64,000 bases of DNA from Parcubacteria group bacterium Gr01-1014_13 (GTDB taxonomy: Bacteria; Patescibacteriota; Patescibacteriia; Magasanikbacterales; GWA2-37-8), in contig VMGB01000001.1 in assembly GCA_007376295.1 (NCBI GenBank), positions 285,969 through 349,968 on the forward strand. The letters are read 5' to 3'. The position numbers and the translations under genes were made by a program. Below the pieces are notes generated by a model. That model was not told the DNA's origin, did not search any database, and saw nothing but the letters and a program-made list of their open reading frames with translations. Within the stretch, counting starts at the first letter, position 1, and each line of letters begins with the position of its first letter. Of this stretch, positions 40,615 through 50,540 are shown one piece after another.

Positions 40615-40857
40615 ATGGAAGACCCACCGCGACTTGAATCTCACTACGGATCTATGGTTTGGACAAACCCAACCACTGAAACTATACGCAAAAAGGAGTG
40701 TTTGTGCCACAACTGCGATAACCTTAAGCCTGACCAACCGGATAACTGCTCCAAGGCAGAAGCACTTTTCCAAATTATTAAACGCGAAAATGTGGCACTC
40801 ATAATTACACGGTGTCCGGCTTGGAAACCGAAAAAGGAAGCAACATGCGTTGGCTAG
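40615..40857 (+). CDS. Small Cys-rich protein (CLCHNC ... C ... C)
   Basis: 80-aa ORF, first of three tandem small Cys-rich ORFs. Confidence 0.4.
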   Translation: MEDPPRLESHYGSMVWTNPTTETIRKKECLCHNCDNLKPDQPDNCSKAEALFQIIKRENVALIITRCPAWKPKKEATCVG

Positions 40858-41018
40858 TCAATTACATCCGTTCTATTTTTTGTAAGCATGAGTGGGAACG
40901 GGAGGATTTTATAGTCAAGATTTTAGATAGTATCTATCAGGATGAAAAACGTTTGTTCGTATCAGCTACCTGTAAGAAATGTGGCTGGCACAAATCATAC
41001 CAGAAGATAAATACATAG
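40845..41018 (+). CDS. Small zinc-ribbon protein (CKHEW ... CKKCGWH)
   Basis: Start taken at MRWLVNY. 57 aa. Confidence 0.4.
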   Translation: MRWLVNYIRSIFCKHEWEREDFIVKILDSIYQDEKRLFVSATCKKCGWHKSYQKINT

Positions 41019-41024
41019 GAAACA

Positions 41025-41252
41025 ATGAGACAAGCAAAAAAAGTTTTTCATCATGACTATCCGCCTTGCCAGGCTCGCCTGGATACTAATGGCGATTGTC
41101 CCGAATGCTCAACCCCAAAACGCAACGTACACCCAGATATGCAAAGCTTGGCTATTTGGTTCTACTGCCCTTCATGTAATTGTCCTTTAAAAAATTTGAA
41201 CTGTCCAAAGTGTAGAGAAACCTTCAAACGCCCCCTAACCAAAACTGGTTAG
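41025..41252 (+). CDS. Small double zinc-ribbon protein (CPECS ... CPSCNC ... CPKC)
   Basis: 75 aa with 9 Cys. Confidence 0.45.
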   Translation: MRQAKKVFHHDYPPCQARLDTNGDCPECSTPKRNVHPDMQSLAIWFYCPSCNCPLKNLNCPKCRETFKRPLTKTG

Positions 41253-41262
41253 GGTTTATTTT

Positions 41263-44040
41263 TTATGCCCCATGACACCTCTTAAACTTTTTGCCACTTC
41301 CGCACGGACATGGATCATTACGGCCAATGACTTTTCCGGATTCATCTGTGAGTTTTTTACTGGAAGAAATTTGCGCGCCATCACTATCGCTGGTTTTAAC
41401 AGCGCCGCTAAAATTTAAAGCATTTTTGTTCATCACCGATGGCGCCAACTGAATACCTAGATTAACTTTGTAAATGAGATAGACAACTTCTTTTTGAATA
41501 AAGTTCATCAGTTCATTAAACATGCGGTAGGTTTCTTTTTTGTATTCCACCAGCGGGTCATGCTGGCCATAACCGCGCAAGCCAATGCCGGTGCGCAAAT
41601 AATCCACGGCCACTAAATGTTCCACCCACAAATTATCTATTGCCCGCAACAACACCTGTTTTTCTATTTCCAATAGCATTTCCTTGTGCGGTACAGTTTT
41701 TTCGAGCAATGTTTCATATTTTTCGTTAGCCAACTTTACCAGATGTTCAATAATAGCTGTTCGTAAGGTGGCATCCTCCAACTTCTCCCCTCTTTCTCCC
41801 GCAAATAACTCAATTTCCTTCTTTTCATAATCCGACAAGGGGAAAATGGTTGTAACAGTTTGCATTATCTCTTTCATGTCCCATTCTTTTCTGTTTTCAG
41901 TATTGGTATGAAAAGAAATTATCTGTTCTACTTCTTGTTCCACCATATCGAGAATCATTTCCCGCATTGTCTTTGCTCCACCGGGCAAAGTCTTGTTTTT
42001 TTCGTATTCAAAAGTATCTAAAATTTCACGGCGTTTGCCGTAAATAACTTCACGATGACGGTTAAGCACGTCATCGTATTCCAACAGGTGTTTACGCGTA
42101 TCAAAATGAATACCTTCCACTTTTTTCTGGGCGGATTCAATAATTCGAGTAATCATCCCCTGCTCTATTGGCATATCATCCGGGACTTTTAAAGTTTCCA
42201 TTACTTTGCGGATACGATCACCGGCAAAAATACGCATCAGGTCGTCTTCGGTAGAAAGATAAAATTGTGATTCACCGGGATCTCCCTGGCGACCACTGCG
42301 GCCGCGCAACTGATTGTCTATACGGCGGCTTTCGTGGCGTTCGGTACCGATAACATGCAAACCTCCAGCAGCGCGAACTTTTTCGGCTTCGGCAGGATCT
42401 GGCGGATTGCCGCCTAAAATAATATCCACACCGCGGCCAGCCATATTAGTAGCCAAAGTAACCGCTCCGGCGCGGCCAGCTTGGGCGATAATCTCACCCT
42501 CACGTTCGTGGTTTTTAGCATTTAAAATTTCGTGTTTTATCCCCTCTCGTTCCAGATACAAACTTAACTGTTCATTTTTATCAACCGCCACAGTACCGAT
42601 AAGTACCGGCTGGCCTTTTTCTTGCAACTCTTTGACTTTCAAAGCAATGGCTTTGTATTTAGCAGTTTCAGTTTTGTAAATTCTGTCGGGATAATTATGT
42701 CTCTGATTTTTTCTGTTTGGCGGGATTACTACTACTTCCAATTTGTAAATTTTACCAAACTCTTCGGCTTCGGTAACGGCTGTTCCGGTCATGCCAGATA
42801 GTTTAGTGTAGAGACGGAAATAGTTCTGGAAAGTAATCGTGGCCATGGTGCGGCTCTCGGCTTGAATTTTTACACCTTCTTGCGCCTCTATCGCCTGATG
42901 TAAACCTTCGCTATAGCGGCGGCCAGGCATTTTGCGGCCGGTGAATTCATCGACGATTATAACTTCGCCGTTTTCTACGATATAATCACGGTCTTTTTTG
43001 AAAAGCGCGTAAGCGCGCAGAGCCATCTCTACATGATGAACTGTTGTTATCCCGCCTTCAGCATAGATATTATCTATGCCTAACCACTTTTCCATTTTAT
43101 TTAAACCGGCATCGGTAAGAGTGGAAGAACGCATTTTTTCGTCAACATTATAATCTTCGTTTTCTTTTAATCTTTTTACCAAATCAGCAAACTTGTAATA
43201 TATATCAGCCGCTTCTTCAGCTGGCGCGGAAATAATCAGCGGAGTACGCGCTTCATCGATTAAAATTGAATCGACTTCGTCGACAATGGCAAAGAAAAAT
43301 GGACGTTGCGACATCTCACCTTTACTCTGCACCATGTTGTCACGCAAATAATCAAAGCCGAATTCGTTATTGGTGCCATAAGTAATATCACAACGATAGG
43401 CCTCCGGACGGGCACAAGTTTCTAAAAATTCTGTTTCTACTTTGAACATGCCTTTGACATCGCGTTCTTTGTCAATTTCACTTCCTTCGGATACATCTTC
43501 CTCTGGTTTGATTCTTTTTTCCGCGTTGTATTTAAACGAAACCAATTGCTGCTGGATAATACCGACACTTAATCCCAGAGCATCATAAATTTGACCCATC
43601 CAAACGGCGTCGCGTTTGGCCAAGTAATCGTTGACAGTTACGACATGCACCCCGCGTCCGGCCAAAGCGTTTAGATATATAGGAAGCGTGCCTACTAGTG
43701 TTTTGCCTTCACCAGTACCCATTTCGGCAATACTGCCGCGATGTAATACTACGCCACCAATAAGCTGGGAATCGAAATGACGCATGCCGGTGAGGCGCTT
43801 AGATACTTCCCGCACCACAGCGAATGCTTCTGGTAAGATACTATCTAATGTTTCACCTTTGGCTAAACGAGCTTTAAATTCGTCTGTTTTAGCGCGCAAA
43901 TCCCCCAGACTTAACTTAATCATGTCTGGTTCTAAAGAATTTATTTTTTCAATTACTGGCTGGATGCTCTGAAGTACTTTGGCGTTGGGATCGCCAAAAA
44001 TTTTGGTTAAAAACGACATAAGTATTAAGAATTTAAACAA
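41263..44040 (-). CDS. secA: Preprotein translocase ATPase SecA (with C-terminal CPCGSGKK zinc motif)
   Basis: DEAD-like motor motifs, preprotein cross-linking domain, C-terminal CPCGSGKKFKRCHG. 925 aa. Confidence 0.9.
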   Translation of the reverse strand: MFKFLILMSFLTKIFGDPNAKVLQSIQPVIEKINSLEPDMIKLSLGDLRAKTDEFKARLAKGETLDSILPEAFAVVREVSKRLTGMRHFDSQLIGGVVLHRGSIAEMGTGEGKTLVGTLPIYLNALAGRGVHVVTVNDYLAKRDAVWMGQIYDALGLSVGIIQQQLVSFKYNAEKRIKPEEDVSEGSEIDKERDVKGMFKVETEFLETCARPEAYRCDITYGTNNEFGFDYLRDNMVQSKGEMSQRPFFFAIVDEVDSILIDEARTPLIISAPAEEAADIYYKFADLVKRLKENEDYNVDEKMRSSTLTDAGLNKMEKWLGIDNIYAEGGITTVHHVEMALRAYALFKKDRDYIVENGEVIIVDEFTGRKMPGRRYSEGLHQAIEAQEGVKIQAESRTMATITFQNYFRLYTKLSGMTGTAVTEAEEFGKIYKLEVVVIPPNRKNQRHNYPDRIYKTETAKYKAIALKVKELQEKGQPVLIGTVAVDKNEQLSLYLEREGIKHEILNAKNHEREGEIIAQAGRAGAVTLATNMAGRGVDIILGGNPPDPAEAEKVRAAGGLHVIGTERHESRRIDNQLRGRSGRQGDPGESQFYLSTEDDLMRIFAGDRIRKVMETLKVPDDMPIEQGMITRIIESAQKKVEGIHFDTRKHLLEYDDVLNRHREVIYGKRREILDTFEYEKNKTLPGGAKTMREMILDMVEQEVEQIISFHTNTENRKEWDMKEIMQTVTTIFPLSDYEKKEIELFAGERGEKLEDATLRTAIIEHLVKLANEKYETLLEKTVPHKEMLLEIEKQVLLRAIDNLWVEHLVAVDYLRTGIGLRGYGQHDPLVEYKKETYRMFNELMNFIQKEVVYLIYKVNLGIQLAPSVMNKNALNFSGAVKTSDSDGAQISSSKKLTDESGKVIGRNDPCPCGSGKKFKRCHGA

Positions 44041-44090
44041 AAATTAGCCTTTTTTAGGCTAACTTAGTTTAGCATGTTCAAAGCAAATAA

Positions 44091-44393
44091 TCAAGGCTTG
44101 GGTATATAGCTTTTTATCCTTTCCCCCTCTCTTTCTACCACTTCGCCGTCATACTCCCCCGAATGGGCGGTGACACCTTCGTAGATAGGGCGTTTTTGAT
44201 CTAAATGTAGATTAAAAATTACTGTTTCACTCTCTGTTTGAATATATACATGAAAACGCGGATAAAAATCACGATGTATGCGTTTGGCATAACTGGTTTT
44301 ACCCATACGGCGGTCTATGATTTTACCATAGCCACAGCGGCGGATAAACTTTTCCGGATCGGAAACTTTAATTTTAGAAATTCTTATCAGCAT
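44091..44393 (-). CDS. Hypothetical small protein
   Basis: 100-aa ORF. No family recognised. Confidence 0.4.
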   Translation of the reverse strand: MLIRISKIKVSDPEKFIRRCGYGKIIDRRMGKTSYAKRIHRDFYPRFHVYIQTESETVIFNLHLDQKRPIYEGVTAHSGEYDGEVVEREGERIKSYIPKP

Positions 44394-44458
44394 AAAAACA
44401 TTTCCATCATTTTTTAAGATGGAAGCAATAATTATTTTATCACCCTAATCGAAAGCTA

Positions 44459-44842
44459 CTAATTCCCTGCGGTGCTTGGATTTCCGATAACGAGCGGCGC
44501 TATCTCAATAATTTTGTTTTCGCTAGGGCGATACATTATGGCTTTACGCGCTCCGGTATATATTAAGACCTTGTCGCCATTGGCTGTTTTGGCGAAAAAT
44601 GCCTGGCCTGATCTTAATTTTTCAGCATCAGTGACTGTAGCTATGGTGGGGTTTTCTCCTTCCGGTAAAAGCACCAATTTTGCAACGGCATCGACTATTT
44701 TTTGATTTTCTTCTTGAGTTACTTTCTGAGGATCAACTTTGAGTGTTTTTACTTGCCTATAAAATATAAGACTAGTACCAGCTAAACCAATCACCAAAAG
44801 ACTTAAAAAAATTAAAACCGTTTTTAGGGTATTTGTTGTCAT
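44459..44842 (-). CDS. Hypothetical membrane-anchored protein (N-terminal TM)
   Basis: 127 aa, N-terminal hydrophobic helix. Confidence 0.45.
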   Translation of the reverse strand: MTTNTLKTVLIFLSLLVIGLAGTSLIFYRQVKTLKVDPQKVTQEENQKIVDAVAKLVLLPEGENPTIATVTDAEKLRSGQAFFAKTANGDKVLIYTGARKAIMYRPSENKIIEIAPLVIGNPSTAGN

Positions 44843-44994
44843 TTTATTAATGATTATTAGAATTTATAATCACCCCGCGCCTGCGGAGCATGATTCTGTT
44901 GAATCAAATTATTTTAACGACCTTTGATAATAAGTATACCATATTTTTGTTTTACCACAAAACGGACTGTGGATATTATTTTTGAAGACCATCA

Positions 44995-45552
44995 CTAAAC
45001 GGGAAGAGCAGAATGAACAAAACAACTACGGCAAACAGGCTGATACGTAAAGGTGCCGTCATCAGGAATTACCGGCGGCATACCTTCGGTTAGTGGCACG
45101 CCTTTGCTAAATACTTGCGAATAAACTGCGGTTGGTTGACGACAAAGTTCGCAAACTGCTCGTTTGTGTTTAACTTCTCGTGGACCAAGCTCCAAAAAAC
45201 CTTTTACTACATCAAACATTTTCCCTCTATAATCAGTATCCAGACCGGCAGCGATAACTTTTACCCCTTTGTTTAGTAACCTGCCTACTATTGCCACATC
45301 CGCCGGATCAAACATGTGCAATTCATCTATACCGACAACGGAAAAATTTTTTTCTAGAGCTTCGTTTAAGGAGCTAACCTTTTTTGCTTCTATTATCACG
45401 CCGTTTCTGGAAGAAATATGTTCATCTCGGACATTGCGCGCGGACTGATAAAGCACATGAGGAATATCGGTATATTTTAATGGCGCAAAGTAACTTATTA
45501 AATCAAATGATTTTCCACTTTTCATCGGCCCGAGAATTAAAGTTAAATCCAT
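44995..45552 (-). CDS. tdk: Thymidine kinase
   Basis: P-loop GPMKSGKS and C-terminal zinc ribbon CxxC...CRSC. 185 aa. Confidence 0.85.
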   Translation of the reverse strand: MDLTLILGPMKSGKSFDLISYFAPLKYTDIPHVLYQSARNVRDEHISSRNGVIIEAKKVSSLNEALEKNFSVVGIDELHMFDPADVAIVGRLLNKGVKVIAAGLDTDYRGKMFDVVKGFLELGPREVKHKRAVCELCRQPTAVYSQVFSKGVPLTEGMPPVIPDDGTFTYQPVCRSCFVHSALPV

Positions 45553-45662
45553 AACGATATAATTTTTATAAATTCAAATAAAATCAAAAATATTATAACA
45601 CACTTGAACAAAAAAAGAACCGTCGTGTCAAGACACAGACGGCTCAAACCATATTGTATAAA

Positions 45663-46562
45663 TTAGAACTGATACTCCGTACCCAGCACGGCTCCCCATA
45701 ACCACTTGTCTGCCGTAAATATCCCCCAAGGAACAACTAGTGAGGTACACAACTTTTCCCCTCTCGTACACCACTTCAATCCCGGGGTCATGTAAAAAAA
45801 GTTTGATGTGCGCCGAAAATCTTTTTCGACTTTTGTGACATCATACTCGAAAACTTCCAGAACGCGTTTTGCCTCATCATCGAGCTTTGCATGTACGACG
45901 ACGCTATATCTTTGCCACAACACACCAAATGAAAAGGAAAAATTTCGGCGAAATGGAAATCTGGCATCTAGCCCGGCTTCCAATGTTCCTAACTCTCCAT
46001 TACTGGTCAAGTGGTCTTTGGCAAAATTTTTGAAATCAAGCCAATCGTCGGCAAAGTTCACCTGCAAACTACAGATGCTGAACCCGCTACTACTGGTTCT
46101 TGTCATCCCAAACAACCCTGTTAGCTTTACGTCATGGAAATTAAGAGTGGCGCTTACCCACTCCCTAAAACCCATTTCGACATAGCTCACCGAAGCTTTA
46201 AGATTACTGTCTTCATGGTCGAGCAGAAATTTTCCCAGGTAGAATTGGGCGCCGAGTCCGATGCTAAGTCGGCTGCGATTATTGTAGACACAACTTGCGC
46301 CTAAATTCCAACCCTGCCGCACAAAATGATCGCCCCTATCTGAGCCATTTAACTCGCCGCTTAAATACATTAAATTTGTGTACAAACCGCACGAAGAGAC
46401 TGGTGATTTGTACGGTTTTTGTACCGGCTCTGCCTTTACCGGCGGCGGGGCCTCTTTCGGGCTGGCCACCTCCGGTTCTTTCACGTCTTCGGCGAAAGCA
46501 GGAGCAGTAAATAATGTAACAACTAAAGCAATACCCCACCTCAACAAATAGCTGCTTCTCAT
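45663..46562 (-). CDS. Outer-membrane-like beta-barrel protein (signal peptide, alternating amphipathic strands, C-terminal ...GTEYQF)
   Basis: Signal MRSSYLLRWGIALVVTLFTAPAFA, Pro-rich linker, terminal aromatic Phe. GC-rich 5' region. Confidence 0.5.
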   Translation of the reverse strand: MRSSYLLRWGIALVVTLFTAPAFAEDVKEPEVASPKEAPPPVKAEPVQKPYKSPVSSCGLYTNLMYLSGELNGSDRGDHFVRQGWNLGASCVYNNRSRLSIGLGAQFYLGKFLLDHEDSNLKASVSYVEMGFREWVSATLNFHDVKLTGLFGMTRTSSSGFSICSLQVNFADDWLDFKNFAKDHLTSNGELGTLEAGLDARFPFRRNFSFSFGVLWQRYSVVVHAKLDDEAKRVLEVFEYDVTKVEKDFRRTSNFFYMTPGLKWCTRGEKLCTSLVVPWGIFTADKWLWGAVLGTEYQF

Positions 46563-46630
46563 TGATTTTATCCCCCTACCATTCAGTTTAGGTGGGTATT
46601 TGATTTATGTCAACAAACAAAAAACGACAT

Positions 46631-47356
46631 CTACTTTGCTTCGATGCCGCTTTCAAAAAATTTTATAGCTGGGATATTTGAGCTGCCAATATGCTCGGCA
46701 ACAAACTCTGCAATATTGATCGGCTGGACTGCTTTAACCCACTCTTCTTCTGAGAAATTTTTAAGTCCTTCTCTGTTTTGAGGCGTATCCACTAGTGCTG
46801 GCCGGATATCACAGGTGCTAACCCCAGTTCCTTTTAATTCTTCTCCGAGGTTAAGAATAAACCGGCTTGTTTTGGCTTTGGCGCCGGCATAGGCCAGATT
46901 CCCTTGTAAATAACTGTCGGCCGCGTGAGACGACATATTGAATATCACACCCCTGCCTTGCTTGCGCAAGACTTCCTGAGCAACCGATGCCACCACAATT
47001 ACCGGTTTGGCAATTGACGCTTCTAATTTATCATTCATCTCAATAATTTCTTGCGGCGAATTTATCAGAGAAGTTCTGATCCAGGTGCCTACAGAAATTA
47101 CCACAGCATCAATTTCTCCAAATTTATTATTACTTTCTGCAAAAACTTTTTGTACATCTGTGAGGCTAGTTGCGTCTGCAGATATTGCAAAAATGTTTTC
47201 TCCACCCAACTCTTCTTTGAGTTTGGCAAGTTTATCTTGACTTCTGGCTACCAAAACAAGATTCGCTCCGGCTTTTTGAAATTCCCGGCAAACAGATTCG
47301 CCTATTCCACCGGTTGCTCCAAAAAACACTACCGTTTTCCCTTCAAGATTTTGCAT
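46631..47356 (-). CDS. Short-chain dehydrogenase/reductase (SDR)
   Basis: TGGIGES NAD(P)-binding motif, catalytic YxxxK equivalent (YAGAK). 241 aa. Confidence 0.75.
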   Translation of the reverse strand: MQNLEGKTVVFFGATGGIGESVCREFQKAGANLVLVARSQDKLAKLKEELGGENIFAISADATSLTDVQKVFAESNNKFGEIDAVVISVGTWIRTSLINSPQEIIEMNDKLEASIAKPVIVVASVAQEVLRKQGRGVIFNMSSHAADSYLQGNLAYAGAKAKTSRFILNLGEELKGTGVSTCDIRPALVDTPQNREGLKNFSEEEWVKAVQPINIAEFVAEHIGSSNIPAIKFFESGIEAK

Positions 47357-47376
47357 ACTTCTCCTTTTACTTGCTG

Positions 47377-47571
47377 TTAAGCTACGGCTTCTTCGTGGTC
47401 ATCATCAAAAGATTTTTTAGGCTCAAAAGAATCTAAACCACTATTTTCTTCTTCCAAAGTCTCATCCGTTGCCACACTTAATTTACCCTCTCTTTGCGCG
47501 GTCTTTTTATTTTTTTCTTGCTTCTTTAAACTTTCTAGATACGCTTCAAATACAGGGCTTCTTTCTGGCAT
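47377..47571 (-). CDS. Small acidic hypothetical protein
   Basis: 64 aa, Glu/Asp-rich. Upstream of and co-directional with the SDR gene. Confidence 0.35.
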   Translation of the reverse strand: MPERSPVFEAYLESLKKQEKNKKTAQREGKLSVATDETLEEENSGLDSFEPKKSFDDDHEEAVA

Positions 47572-47648
47572 ATTGTTAAGTAAAAGTTAATTTTTAAATT
47601 AATACCCCCATTATACCCTTAGCTAACGCCTATGTCAACTCTCTCGTT

Positions 47649-48185
47649 TTACTGGTAAAACTGAGCATATTTTTGCCTAAACTTTGCCAATTTAGGAGCA
47701 ATTACGGCTTGGCAATAACCCTGTTCTGGATTCTTGGCAAAATATTGCTGATGATATTCTTCGGCTGGAAAAAATTCTTTCAGTGGATAAAGTTCGGTAA
47801 CAATTGGCTGGTCATACAATCTTTCTTCAGCCAATTCTTTCATAATTTTTTCCGCTATATCATACTGTTCTTTGGTGTTATAGAAAATAACTGAACGGTA
47901 CTGCGTACCTACATCATTGCCTTGGCGATCTGGAGTGGTAGGATTGTGAATCAAAAAGAAAATATGCAAAATGTCATCTAAAGCGATAATAGATGGATCA
48001 TAAGAAATTTGTACTACTTCGGCATGGCCAGTAGCTCCGCTGGTTACTTGTTCATAGGATGGGTTTTTTGTCTTGCCACCGGCATAGCCAGAAACTACGG
48101 ACTGAACTCCTTTGGTATGCGAATAAGTGGCTTCCAAGCACCAGAAGCATCCCCCGCCCAAAACTATGGTTTCCAAATTTTGCAT
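47649..48185 (-). CDS. msrA: Peptide methionine sulfoxide reductase MsrA
   Basis: GGCFWC active-site motif. 178 aa. Confidence 0.85.
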   Translation of the reverse strand: MQNLETIVLGGGCFWCLEATYSHTKGVQSVVSGYAGGKTKNPSYEQVTSGATGHAEVVQISYDPSIIALDDILHIFFLIHNPTTPDRQGNDVGTQYRSVIFYNTKEQYDIAEKIMKELAEERLYDQPIVTELYPLKEFFPAEEYHQQYFAKNPEQGYCQAVIAPKLAKFRQKYAQFYQ

Positions 48186-48346
48186 ACAAAATATAATTAT
48201 AATCGAAATGAGTGAGTGAAATATTTTAGCAAGCTAAATATTTTCGAACGAATGAGTTTATATCCGTAGATATTAATTGATAGTACTATACTTGCAAGGA
48301 TTTTACAATTAAAAAGACTGCCTTGTGAGCAGTCTTTTTTATATAT

Positions 48347-49627
48347 TTAATATCGTCTGCGGAAATTTTTGTTGCCTTCGGATTGTCCACCACGATTCTT
48401 GTTACCCTGATAACCTCCTCTGCCACCACTTCTTCCTCTGCCTTGGAAACCAGATGTTTCTTCATAATGTTCCGCAGGCATTGAACGGCGGGGCGGTAAA
48501 ACTGGTAATGGCCGGACAGGAATTGTTTTCTTGATTAGTTTTTCAATATGTCGGATATCTACCCATTCTTGTGAAGTAGCAAAAGATATGGCTTTACCAA
48601 AACTTTGCGCCCGGCCGGTACGGCCAATACGGTGTACGTAATCTTCGGTATTGTCTGGTAAATCATAATTTATTACCAAAGAAATACCAGTAACATCAAT
48701 ACCGCGGGAAGCGATGTCAGTAGCCACCAGCACTCGGAATCTGCCGGTTTTAAATCCTTCCAAAGCCATTTTGCGTTGAGACAAAGATTTGTTGGAGTGA
48801 ATTTCAGAAGCAGTATGACCCATAGCGCGGACGCCATTAGCAATTCTTTTGGCACCATGTTTGGTGCGGGAAAAAAGCAATACTGAGCCTTTGTTGTCTT
48901 CCAATACTTTTTCGAGCAACTGCATCTTAGCATCTTTGTTGACAATAAAAATTTCTTGTTCCACGTTTTTAGCAGAAGTGCCAGCTGGAGCTACTTCGAT
49001 GCGAAGCGGAATTTTCATGTAGCGGTGAGCTATTTCGGAAATAGCTTGCGGCATGGTGGCAGAAAACATTAAAGTTTGTCGTTCCTTAGATATCATGGCC
49101 AAAATTTGTTTGATCTGCGGCATAAATCCGATATCAAACATGCGGTCAGCTTCATCTAAAACCACAATCTTCATGTTGGTTAAAGTAAGATTTTTTTGCT
49201 GTACATGATCCATTAATCTACCTGGGGTAGAAACGATAATATGCGGACCGCGGCGCAACATCTGTTTTTGCTGATATCCGGAAGCACCACCAATAAGTAC
49301 GGCTGTGCGCAAACCTATTGGTCGGCCAATAGTTTGTAGTACCTGATCAACTTGTAAGGCTAACTCGCGTGTAGGCAGCAAAATTAAGCCTTGGGCATTA
49401 CCTGGCATCTGGGACAAAATCTGGATCATAGGGATACCAAAAGCCAAAGTTTTGCCAGTACCAGTTTGGGCGATACCAACAATGTCTTTGCCTTGTAAAG
49501 CTTGCGGAATACACTGGTGCTGAATAGGTGTAGGTACAACAAATTTCAACCGTTCCAGGTTGTCGAGTAGTTTTGGCGCGATGCCAAGCTCGCTAAAACG
49601 AGCTTGTGGCTGTAAATTCTGTGTCAT
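48347..49627 (-). CDS. DEAD-box ATP-dependent RNA helicase with a Gly/Arg-rich C-terminus
   Basis: Q motif, AQTGTGKT, DEAD, SAT, HRIGRTGR. C-terminal RGRSGGRGG tail. Confidence 0.85.
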   Translation of the reverse strand: MTQNLQPQARFSELGIAPKLLDNLERLKFVVPTPIQHQCIPQALQGKDIVGIAQTGTGKTLAFGIPMIQILSQMPGNAQGLILLPTRELALQVDQVLQTIGRPIGLRTAVLIGGASGYQQKQMLRRGPHIIVSTPGRLMDHVQQKNLTLTNMKIVVLDEADRMFDIGFMPQIKQILAMISKERQTLMFSATMPQAISEIAHRYMKIPLRIEVAPAGTSAKNVEQEIFIVNKDAKMQLLEKVLEDNKGSVLLFSRTKHGAKRIANGVRAMGHTASEIHSNKSLSQRKMALEGFKTGRFRVLVATDIASRGIDVTGISLVINYDLPDNTEDYVHRIGRTGRAQSFGKAISFATSQEWVDIRHIEKLIKKTIPVRPLPVLPPRRSMPAEHYEETSGFQGRGRSGGRGGYQGNKNRGGQSEGNKNFRRRY

Positions 49628-49772
49628 AATTTATATTTAGTGACCCGATTTTCCACTGGGCCACTATTATATGACACAAAAGATTCGAGTCTGTAGCCGC
49701 TCTTAATTGAGGGCTAGTTGTTAAGACTGGTGAGTATAGCAAATAACAGCCATTTTGTCAATAGTATAGCCG

Positions 49773-50540
49773 CTATTTAACTACTATGGTGCGTTTGGCT
49801 GCTAGTTGCATGGCTACAAAAAATACTGCCGAAAAAGCCAAAATAACGACTAAAGAAACAAGCGGATTCAAATCCGAGTAACCGGTAAGCGAATAACGGA
49901 AAAAGTTAATATTGTGATGAATAGGGTTGAATAGACTAATGGTAGTCCAGGGCTGTGGCAAACTGGCAATCGGATAAAAAACTCCGGCCAAAAAAATCAT
50001 GGGCTGCATTACAAAAGAAGTCATAAAGGTAAGTGCCTCAAAATTCTTTGCCCAAAAACCAAAGGCCACTCCCAACATACCAAACTCCAAACCAGTCAGA
50101 AAAAGTCCAATAACGAAATATATAGGGTGGCTGGGCAAACCAAGTCCAGGGATAAACCAGATAGTGGCCAGTAGCGCCACTACAAGGGCAAATACACCGC
50201 GTGTGAAGGCCGCCAAGGCATAGGCGATACCAATACGCCACACAGCGATAGGTGCGAGCTGTAGGTCTATAATATTACCCAAATTTTTAGAAATCACTAA
50301 GGCGAAAGATGGGTTGGAAAAACTATTATTTATCACTAACATCGCCAAAAGACCGCTATAGACAAAAGTAAGATACGGCAGAGACCCGACCTCACGGCCG
50401 GCAGTGACAATACCAAAAACTCCTAAATAAAGGGCGATAGAAACTATCGGATTAAAAATCGTATCCAGCCAAATCTTTTGAAAACGTTTTACTTCCCGGG
50501 CATACAACGCCCACATGTTTGTGTTCATATTAAGAACCAT
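49773..50540 (-). CDS. ABC-2 type transporter permease
   Basis: Six TM helices. Overlaps the ATPase gene by 11 nt. Confidence 0.7.
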   Translation of the reverse strand: MVLNMNTNMWALYAREVKRFQKIWLDTIFNPIVSIALYLGVFGIVTAGREVGSLPYLTFVYSGLLAMLVINNSFSNPSFALVISKNLGNIIDLQLAPIAVWRIGIAYALAAFTRGVFALVVALLATIWFIPGLGLPSHPIYFVIGLFLTGLEFGMLGVAFGFWAKNFEALTFMTSFVMQPMIFLAGVFYPIASLPQPWTTISLFNPIHHNINFFRYSLTGYSDLNPLVSLVVILAFSAVFFVAMQLAAKRTIVVK

